This document shows positions 14,001-22,984 of a DNA stretch of 64,000 bases, piece after piece. A program made the position numbers and the translations under genes. Source of the DNA: Octopus vulgaris (Eukaryota); the NCBI GenBank assembly GCA_951406725.2, contig OX597815.1, forward strand, positions 51,832,001 through 51,896,000, written 5' to 3'. The notes under the pieces are model-generated. The model did no database searches and was not told the origin of the DNA. It saw only the letters and a list, made by a program, of their open reading frames with translations. Position 1 is the first letter of the stretch. Every line of letters starts with the position of its first letter.

Positions 14001-15208
14001 AACTGGTTTGGTTGTTTTCCTAAATCTTTTCACTTCAATCATAGCCAGTATCAAGAGATGAAACAAGCATTGCTGAATTGTAAAATTCTAAAAACTTCTA
14101 AAACAGGTCAAGCAATTTTCAAATATTAGCAGCGCTTGCCTGAAATTATATATCAAAGTTGAGAAATATATATATTTAAAGAAAAAAAAACCCAGGTAAT
14201 TTTATGAAATTCAACTTTAGATTTGTACTTAAGGAAAGAATTGTGACCTGACCAAAAGCAGATTTCAGTTTTAATATAAACTTGAGCAAATGAAACTAAA
14301 TTTTTAAAAAAAATGAATTAAAGCAATTTGTCAAATACCAATCAATATTCTATTGAATCTTTTCAAACAAATGGGAAGAAAATATGCTTCATTAAATAAA
14401 ACCGAAAACATTCCCAAATCTATTATTTTCCTTTTAAAGTTTTTAAAAGCAAAGCACAAGATTTTTTCTTATTGCTTCTTTTTCAATGTATTCTAGTTTA
14501 AAATTATAAACTAAGTAGAAAAACCATGTGCTTAGGTACTGAAACAACCTAGTCCAAATAAAAAAATATTTTTTAAAGCACATGGCTTACGTTGATAACT
14601 TACTGAAAGATGACCAATGATGAAAAAAGCTAATTTGGAAACAGAATGGATACACTGATTGTTGATCCAAGTTGAAATATTCAGACACATTTTGATAAAA
14701 AATTGCAAAAATTTGTGTGCACACGATTTTATTAAAAAAAGAACTCTAGGTTTCATTCAATTAAATTTGGACAAGAATAACTGAAAAGCTGCATACCAGT
14801 GAAACGACAAGCTTTCTCCAAAAGGGGTTTAAAATAAAAAAAAAATAAAGAAAAAAAAAGAAAAAACAAAACAGCTTTCAGCAGGCCATAACTGTGAAGA
14901 CGAGGACAAAGAGCCTTGAATCAATGTTGGTTTATTACAAATGATGGTACATGTAAGTATTGTATTTTAGAGGATCAGACAAGAGAAATCCCCAACTGGC
15001 AAGGAATAGTGATCAAAATCTGTATCAGATCCAACATCAAAAGGAGCAAGAGGACGACGACGACGTGATTGACACACCAACCATGATCCATACATAAAAG
15101 CTAATAAAAGGCTAGAAGACAAGTGAACAAAAAGTGGTCCATGTATCAATTAAAATGTTTGCTTCTGATGTGTAGACATGATGATTGAAGATGTGAAATG
15201 TCTCCAGT

Positions 15209-15270
15209 TCAAACTCTGTCGATTCTCACCTCTATTTCTCGCCCTTCAATGCGAGCATGATTCATTAAAT
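15209..15270 (-). CDS. MYEF2: exon 12, end of RRM3 (NLMNHARIEGREIEVRIDRV*)
   Basis: U12 branch ttccttaac then gtttag acceptor; family C-terminus GREI.VRIDR. Confidence 0.93.
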
Positions 15271-16148
15271 CTAAACACAGGTTAAGGAATAAGTTTTTAC
15301 TGCATGTACAGAAAGATTTAGAAATATAAAAGCATTCAGTTTAGATATTTCAACATAAATCTGAAATATCTTGTACTAAAACATTTTTGTTAGTCAAAAT
15401 TGCTACATGAAGTACAACCTTCAAAATAAAAGAGCTAATGAAAAAGGTTATATCTAAACCACTCAAAACCCAGTCTTTGCTATATAAATGAACCAAGTTA
15501 GAGGCAATATGGTTTTAATAGATTGCTACAGAAAAGTCTTACATCTCAATTTAGACAATTAAAAAAAAAAAAAAGCAGCAGCAAATGTTTTTAATTCCAA
15601 TACTAAAAACAACTGACACTGGTAATGAGAGGAACTAATTTCTAGAAAATGAATAGATTAACAATGTTGCCCTTACTAAATTTTTTAGAAGCTATATACA
15701 TTCAATGCCACATACACAATAATTCATGTATTCCATACAGCAAGAGACTAGTACAGACTAAACAAAAATGGACAAACTGATCAGAATGTTCACTTTCATT
15801 CTTTTTTTAAATTTCCTGAAGAGATCTTGTATGCATGCACGCTCACACACACGCACATATATATATATATATATCTATCTCTATATATCAATAAAATACT
15901 TTTTATCTCACAAAATACACAAATATAATCCCCGAACATGTAACAGATGTCAATTTGAGACACTCAAACCCATACTAAACTCCACTCACACAGAAGATAT
16001 TGTAAGAAATCTAATTTGCAAATGTATGGAAATATTTAAAGTTTTAAATTTAACTTAAGTGATAGAAGTTATGAAAATATCTTGAGCTAATTGGAACAAT
16101 AACTGGGGTTAACCTTAAAGGAGACTAGGCAAAATTCTTAAAGGATAC
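15271..16148 (-). other. U12-type GT-AG intron (intron 11)
   Basis: 5' GTATCCTTT; branch TTCCTTAAC at 15281-15289, 10 nt from the 3' end of the intron. Confidence 0.94.
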
Positions 16149-16247
16149 TGACTGCCCTTTGTGCATCTTCTGGAGTAGCAAATCTTACTACTCCCCAACC
16201 ACGGCATTTACCACCATCTGTTTTAATCTCAGCATATTTTACATCAC
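16149..16247 (-). CDS. MYEF2: exon 11, RRM3 (GDVKYAEIKTDGGKCRGWGVVRFATPEDAQRAV)
   Basis: tattag acceptor; donor gtatccttt is a perfect U12-type site; RNP1 RGWGVVRF. Confidence 0.94.
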
Positions 16248-16379
16248 CTAATAGGAGAAAGAGAGAAAAAAAAGAGCAAAAAAAATCAGACGAGTTGGAA
16301 TTAACTCATGGGCTGAAATTGTAGAGTGACAACTATCTAAATTTCTCTACATGTAGGCACAAAAAATTTTGACACTTAC

Positions 16380-16431
16380 CAACATCTCTAAATCTTTCTC
16401 GCAACATCTGCCATGTGAATGAGTGAGGTAG
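16380..16431 (-). CDS. MYEF2: exon 10, RRM3 (LPHSFTWQMLRERFRDV)
   Basis: tttcag acceptor and gtaagt donor; in frame. Confidence 0.93.
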
Positions 16432-16520
16432 CTGAAACAAATCAATTAGACAACACATAGTAACACACTTGGATACAAACCACAAAATTTATAAATTTTA
16501 TCAATCAAAACAATACTCAC

Positions 16521-17341
16521 ATTTCTCACAGCAATGTGGCAGTCATCACGTCCTGTGCTGCCACCACCACCACCTCCACCAGAACCTGTACCTCCACTGC
16601 TACTCATGTTCTTCATCATGGTTCGTCCATCCATTCCAGATAAGCCGTGGACACTCATGTCAGACATACTCATGCCCTGATTGCCCATGCTTCCCATCAT
16701 GCCCATACTACCTAAGCCACCCATCCCACTCATGTTGCTAGAAAAAGTATCACCCATCCCTTGGTTTGAGCCAAAGTTCTTTGGGCCTAGATTACTTGCA
16801 CCCATACCATAACCATCTCCCATACCACCTCCACCACCCATACCACCCATGCTTCCACCACCACTCATACCACTAGACATACCCATAGCACCCATGCTAC
16901 CTGTGGTCATGTTGCTACCCATACCTGCACCTCCCATACCACTACCCATTCCACCTCCCATACCACCTGTACCACTACCCATACTACTGGCACCAGACAT
17001 ACCTGCCATACCAGACATGCCCATATTACCTGGCAACATACCTCCACTCATATTGCCAGCCATTCCTGACATACCAGTATTCATACCAGTGTTCATGCCA
17101 GTATTCATACCAGTATTCATGCCACCCATGTTACCACCCATACCGCCACCCATACCACCACCCATATTATCCATGCCACCTGCCATACCACCCGCCATAC
17201 CACTATAGTTATTCATAGGTCCAGCACCCATGTTACCCATGCCACTACCCATAGCTCCCATGTTACCATAATTACTGCCAGAACCACCTCCACTACCACC
17301 AAATCCTCCCATTGGGCCACCGCCACCGCCACCTCCACCAC
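16521..17341 (-). CDS. MYEF2: exon 9, Gly/Met-rich low-complexity region and RRM3 start (...DDCHIAVRN)
   Basis: tttcag acceptor and gtgagt donor; ORF 16446..17312; includes a GMNT x4 repeat. Confidence 0.93.
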
Positions 17342-17457
17342 CTGAAAGATATTAAAAAAGATAAATTATTTCAGTTGAAGACTCAATATAAATTAATATC
17401 AGCAAGGATCAAATTCAACACATCAATTCACAAATGTTATCAAGAATATTTACACAC

Positions 17458-17532
17458 CTGACATTTGATTATTGAAGTTCTGCAGAGGCTGTCCTCCAAC
17501 ACCAAGACCCAAGCCAATTGTTTTCAAGCCAC
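17458..17532 (-). CDS. MYEF2: exon 8 (SGLKTIGLGLGVGGQPLQNFNNQMS)
   Basis: tttcag acceptor and gtgtgt donor; conserved LP.GL..IG.GLG.GGQP motif of hnRNP M/MYEF2. Confidence 0.9.
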
Positions 17533-19069
17533 CTGAAAGAGAAAGAATTTAAAATGTAAAAGCAGTTTAGCTACACTAATACTGTAATTAACTGTAAAAG
17601 TAAATCCAGTGACTTTTATGCCAAACCAGACAAGTGAAGATGAAATCCATAAACGATAATTTTACGAAAATTGCATGCTGATAACCAATTAGGAAACTAC
17701 CAAGTAGTCACAACCATGTGGTTACAACTTCAATACCACTGCAGCCTGCATCTCAGAATATATGTTTCCTATTATGCCAATGCCATGAGAATCAAATTTG
17801 GCAGAAGCCAATAGAATATACGTAAATATTGTACTCTTCCACATTTGTTTACATTACTGTGTCCATGTCTATTACACTGACCTCACAACCATATGTACAT
17901 ATAACATGCAATAATTTGCACCACTCCATGATAAATTCTCTATCTTACTTCCACCTTGTGCATACATATTTTATTCACCCAGATCCAGTTACAAACTGTG
18001 ACCATCTCCCTGATTTTACTGGCACCATCACCCTCATACAGCTGCCAAACCACTTTCACTAGATCTACTGTAACCTCTGTTTCTTGGAAATATTGTATCC
18101 TTGGTGAACAATATATTCATTCCAAAGCAAAATTCGTTTAGTGGCAAATCAACTGAACTTTGTATTGGCTTTGTATTAGGTATTAAGAGGCTAACATATA
18201 ATAGGTACAGATAGAGACATTATGTAAGAGTGGATTTGGCAACCATGGCAGAGCCGGAAAAAGAAAGATGGTAATAATGTGTCAGAGTGTGTTCTCAAGA
18301 ACACACTGACACATTGTGAAAAGAAATGAGGAAGATAGATAACTTGCTTTGCTGTTTATATAGTTATGAAATGCATCCAGCTGAAACCTTTTATGTGGTA
18401 AATGCCAATGGGCCTTGCTTGACCAAGTGAGACATTTGAGGCCTGCCCATACCATACAAGCAGGGATCAAGGAATAAAATTTGTTATATGTGTGTGTGTG
18501 AATATATATGCATAGAGATGGAAGTATATACATGCATATGTACATGTGTGAACAAATATTTACACAGGTACTCCCAACTTACTATCAAGATATATTAATG
18601 ATATTACTGCAACCACCAGAAGATTTTTTTTTCCTCATGTTACAGTATACTGTAATAGGGTGTAAGCACCAGTGTAATAACTGGTTTGTGTAATCAAAAG
18701 CATGACAAGACCAGGGGTAGCCTGAATCTTGATTCCCAATACCTTCACTGTTCATTAATACTGAACATAAAACAGAAAATATCCGAGCCAGATATGGTTT
18801 AAATGCCACAGGGTTAAACCAATTGATACAATAGTAACTACCAAATTCTAACCAGGTATTGGCCAACAAAAAGATTTAGATGCTGTGCAGTAGAATAGAA
18901 ATTAAAGCCACATGACTGAAGAAAATACAACTACAAAACCATGCACAAGGTACTGAGAATAATTTATTTCTAAAGGCTAAGTCAAAGGAAAAGCAGCCCC
19001 AATGATTTCCAAAGGTCTTTGGGGTGAAGTGAACTAGAGAACATTAGTGACAGAGGCAGTATAAATACC

Positions 19070-19300
19070 TATTTCTTTATTACCCACAAGGGGCTAAACA
19101 CAGAGGGGACAAACAAGGACAGACATAGGTATTAAGTCGATTACATCGACCCCAGTGCGTAACTGGGACTTAATTTATCGACCCCGAAAGGATGAAAGGC
19201 AAAGTCGACCTCGGCGGAATTCGAACTCACAACGTAACAGCAGACGAAATACCGCTAAGCATTTCGCCCGGCGTGCTAACGTTTCTGCCAGCTCGCCGCC
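19070..19300 (-). mobile_element. Young tRNA-derived SINE A
   Basis: Head GGCGGCGAGCTGGCAGAA...GAGTTCGAATTCC (A/B boxes), body GCCTTTCATCCTTTCGGGGTCGATAAA, CpGs intact. Older copies at ~59920-60140 (+) and 62615-62780 (+). Confidence 0.88.
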
Positions 19301-19469
19301 GATATTTTTTTTTTTTCTTCTTTCGCGCATGTACACCCACGTACATGTGCATATACTCACTCACACTCGCGTGAAACACACATGTACCTCCCCTCCCACA
19401 CACACATATATATATCCTTTGTGTACTGTTTTTCATTTTATTTCATTTGATACATATATATATATGTAT

Positions 19470-19841
19470 GTGGAAGCACTCCGTCGGTTACGACGACGAG
19501 GGTTCCGGTTGATCAGAATCAACGGAACAGCCTGCTTGTGAAATTAACGTGTAAGTGGCTGAGCACTCCACAGACACGTGTACTCTTAACGTAGTTCTCG
19601 GGGATATTCAGCGTGACACAGAGAGTGACAAGGCCAGCCCTTTGAAATACAGGTACAACAGAAACAGAAAGTAAGAGTGAGAGAAAGTTGTGGTGAAAGA
19701 GTACAGCAGGGTTCTCCACCACCCCCTGCCGGAGCCTCGTGGAGCTTTAGGTGTTTTCGCTCAATAAACACTCACAACACCCGGTCTGGGAATCGAAACC
19801 GCGATCCTATGACCGCAAGTCCGCTGCCCTCACCACTGGGC
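19470..19841 (-). mobile_element. Young tRNA-derived SINE B
   Basis: Head GCCCAGTGGTGAGGGCAGCGG...GGTTTCGATTCC (B box), CpG-rich; degenerate relative near 32830-32980. Confidence 0.85.
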
Positions 19842-20445
19842 AGTATAAATACCAGGAGGTAATATTTACTCCTACTTGGATGTGGATGTTCTATTTGAAC
19901 AAACTTTACTATTAATTATCATGAAAGGAACTCTCATATTGGCTTTTATTGTGCAAAATGCACTTGCTTATATCACAACAGGGAGATATATCCCCAAAGC
20001 CTACAGATCATGTAATTTCGACCTTGCTTAGACACTTGACCACTAGAGACAGCAGCAATTCATCTCTCCCACCTGTAAAATATTGACAGTGCCGGATACT
20101 GCAGTAAAGTTTGTTCTAATTGAACATTCACATTTAAGTGGGGATAAATATTCTAACAGAGCGGTATCAAAATAATACAGTATTCGAGCAACTGCTTCAG
20201 GTTCTATCTCCAGATGTGAGCATATAACTCCACCATGATAGCAGTAATGTTAAAAACAAAAAGGTAAAAGAAATGAACTAGACTACCAAACAGAGAAAGC
20301 AATTAGAATTCCAGATCAATTCCAACCACAGCAACTAAATAAAAAGCAAGGACCAGAAGAGGAGGGGTTCTCAACAGCACATACTATTGGGAAATTATCA
20401 GGTTGGCTGCATCCACATAGCATTTTGTAATTTAAAAATACTTAC

Positions 20446-20556
20446 TTGGAAGAGAAACTTTTGGGTGTGTGGTTTTGTCATTTGATGTGTCTACACTGGT
20501 TTTGTCCATCCGAACAACCATAGCTCTATCATATAGGGTTTGACTATTGAACATAG
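20446..20556 (-). CDS. MYEF2: exon 7, end of RRM2 (SMFNSQTLYDRAMVVRMDK...VSLP)
   Basis: U12 branch ttccttaac then ttttag acceptor; gtaagt donor. Confidence 0.93.
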
Positions 20557-21233
20557 CTAAAATTAAGTTAAGGAATGTCAAAACAAACCTGCAACATTGC
20601 ATATATTTATTTACAAATAAGCACAAAAATAATCTTAATGCATTTCTTTTTTTTTAAAGACAAGGAATGGTGTAACAAACTGACAACATTGAAACTGCAA
20701 ATATCACTAATACAAAAGAATCTTAAAAACTTTTTAAAATATAGGAGCAGGTGTAATAGTGTAGTTAGTTCGCTTCCTAACCACATGGTACCAGGTTCAG
20801 TCTCACTGTGTGGCACCTTTGATAATGTCTTACAGCTTCAGACAGACCAAATCCTTGTGAGTAGATTTGGTACACAAACTGAAAGAAGCTCATGTTGCAA
20901 TCTCCTTGCCATGACAGTCGTAAACCAGTGTCACCATTATGCAAGCAGTGGTCATTTCCAACATCTCTGAACAGCTTAACGTCTGCCATGGGAAATACTG
21001 CTATACTTGGAAACAAATGAGGGTTTACAACTGGAAGGGCCATCCAGCTGAAAATCCACCTCAACAAATTCTACCTTATCTACATAAGCATGGAAGATAA
21101 GCATACCACAGCTCCTACTTGCAGTCTTTCTCCAAAGACAAGATAGGTTTAATTAATGCAATTGTTTTGTATACATCAACAGATAAAATAGAAGGAACTT
21201 GCTCTATCACTCTCAAATATTAAGCAAGGATAC
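20557..21233 (-). other. U12-type GT-AG intron (intron 6)
   Basis: 5' GTATCCTTG; branch TTCCTTAAC at 20567-20575, 10 nt from the 3' end of the intron. Confidence 0.93.
20743..21105 (+). mobile_element. SINE with tRNA head and RTE-type 3' tail, inside the U12 intron
   Basis: Head ...CCAGGTTCAGTCTCACTG; tail GGAAGGGCCATCCAGCTG...AGCATGGAA shared with the RTE 3' UTR. Confidence 0.6.
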
Positions 21234-21387
21234 AAATTGCTTGTACAGCTTCCATTGGATGTTCGAAAGTAACAATTCCCATTCCTCGACTTTTACCCTC
21301 TTTATCTTGTTTTATTTCAGCACGAAGTACATTTCCTGCCAGCTTGAAAACATCCTTTAATTTTTTCCATGTTACTTTATAATCAAG
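21234..21387 (-). CDS. MYEF2: exon 6, RRM2 (LDYKVTWKKLKDVFKLAGNVLRAEIKQDKEGKSRGMGIVTFEHPMEAVQAI)
   Basis: ttcacag acceptor; donor gtatccttg is U12-type; classic hnRNP M RRM2 sequence. Confidence 0.95.
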
Positions 21388-21473
21388 CTGTGAAAAAAAA
21401 ATTCAATCAAAATAAAAACATTGTACTTGAATTTAATTAATGACAATCAAAATTCAGAATGAAAATTACTTAC

Positions 21474-21680
21474 ATTAGCAACAAAAACTGTATTTGTAAG
21501 AGGACCTTCAATTCCTAAACTCTGGAGCAACTGAGGATTGGGCCCTGAAGATCCTGACGTTGCTCCACAATTACCCATGCCGCCCATGCCCATTGGGCCA
21601 GGACCAGCTAAACCAGCACCCATAGAATGCTGCTGTTGGTTTTTCATCTGCTGCATCATTTGTCGATCGCTTTCTTTTTC
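21474..21680 (-). CDS. MYEF2: exon 5, linker and RRM2 start (EKESDRQMM...GIEGPLTNTVFVAN)
   Basis: ttacag acceptor and gtaagt donor; lies within ORF 21447..21713. Confidence 0.93.
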
Positions 21681-21959
21681 CTGTAACAAAATTACATAAA
21701 GTTTAAAAATCAAAATCAGAAGTAACTTACTGACAAGATTTTATAATTTACCCAAGAATGTCACACAATCTGAAATCATTTCAATAGTTTATTCTTTTCA
21801 AGTACATCTTTGAAAAGCTTGTCCCATTTTCTATACGAAAGACAATTCCTAATACTATGTTTTAAACATCATTGCTGTTATTTTATATGCTCATGGAGGC
21901 TATGACGAATGACCAAGACCTTTGACATAATGCTGTGCATAAGACCCAAGTAAAATTGC

Positions 21960-22138
21960 AGTTGTGGCAGGTAAGGCATGTAAAACTCCCCCATTACACT
22001 CTTGGAGTAGTTGGCATTAGGAAGGGCATCTACCTGTAGAAACCATGTCAAATTAGACGGCAGTCTGGTGCAGCCTTCCAGCTTGCCAGCCCTGGTCAAG
22101 CCATCCAACCCATGCCAACATGGACATTAAATGATTAT
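21960..22138 (+). mobile_element. RTE LINE 3'-end fragment in intron 4
   Basis: TTGGCATTAGGAAGGGCATC...CCAACCCATGCCAACATGGACATTAAATGAT matches the 3' end of the RTE at 57160-57973. Confidence 0.75.
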
Positions 22139-22463
22139 GCAATCAATGTAATTCAAGCAACCATTCTCAGTGTTTTCTGATAATACATACTCACAAACTC
22201 CTTTCAGAATGTAGTATAATCCAGTGATTCTGAATTCCTTCAACTTGTTTGCCTATATTTGATAACATTAATTTGGATTCCATAACTAAGAAAGTTCTGA
22301 GTTACTTGAAATTATAGCTATCTTACCTAATTTAGCAGTCATTTCTTAGTATCGCAACTGTATAGATCAGTTCATTTTAATAAATCATCTCAAACTTAAA
22401 AACCACACCATCAAAATACTAAAATTTTATTCCAATAGACTTCTGTAGAATAAAATTATTTAC

Positions 22464-22557
22464 CTCTCGTACAACAATCTGTCTGTCTTTAACTTTGTAT
22501 CTGTGCATTTTTTCAATGGCTTTCCTGGCTGTTTCTTTGTCTTTGAATTCTAAAAGG
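22464..22557 (-). CDS. MYEF2: exon 4, end of RRM1 (CLLEFKDKETARKAIEKMHRYKVKDRQIVVRE)
   Basis: ctccag acceptor and gtaaat donor; in frame. Confidence 0.92.
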
Positions 22558-22645
22558 CTGGAGGAAGAAAAAAAAAGACATTTTCATTAATTATCATATC
22601 CCATAAATATTGAAATATCAAAATAAACCATTAAAATATAATTAC

Positions 22646-22706
22646 CATGCTCCTTTAGGTTTTCCATCAACAGTTTCCATCATGTCCACATATGGAGCTT
22701 CACCAA
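22646..22706 (-). CDS. MYEF2: exon 3, RRM1 (VGEAPYVDMMETVDGKPKGA)
   Basis: ttgtag acceptor and gtaatt donor; in frame; start of RNP1. Confidence 0.9.
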
Positions 22707-22823
22707 CTACAAAAATGTTAAATATTTTCCATTTAAAAACTTCATAGACTTACAAGATAAAATTAAGCAACAAGTGGTTCAACATATTAAATTACTTAAA
22801 AATAATATTTAAAAAGAACCAAC

Positions 22824-22984
22824 CTTCCTTTTTGAAAATATCCTTTATTTCCATCCATTTCATTTCATATGGAATATTGCAGACATAGACTCGCTTTGAA
22901 TTAACTGTTATTCGCCGTCGTCTTGGAGATTTAGATCTAGACCTTGATCTAACAGGTGATCGGGAACGAGATCCCGATGGAGAC
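22824..22984 (-). CDS. MYEF2: exon 2: RS-rich tract and start of RRM1 (SPSGSRSRSPVRSRSRSKSPRRRRITVNSKRVYVCNIPYEMKWMEIKDIFKKE)
   Basis: ttattag acceptor and gttggt donor; RNP2 VYVCNIP. Confidence 0.92.

Noticed and set aside
16849-17208. Proline-rich + strand ORF (119 aa)
   Set aside because: Antisense shadow of the GGN/ATG-rich exon 9.
19215-19300. Possible tRNA genes (also 19780-19841)
   Set aside because: A/B boxes run on into SINE bodies; no complete cloverleaf.
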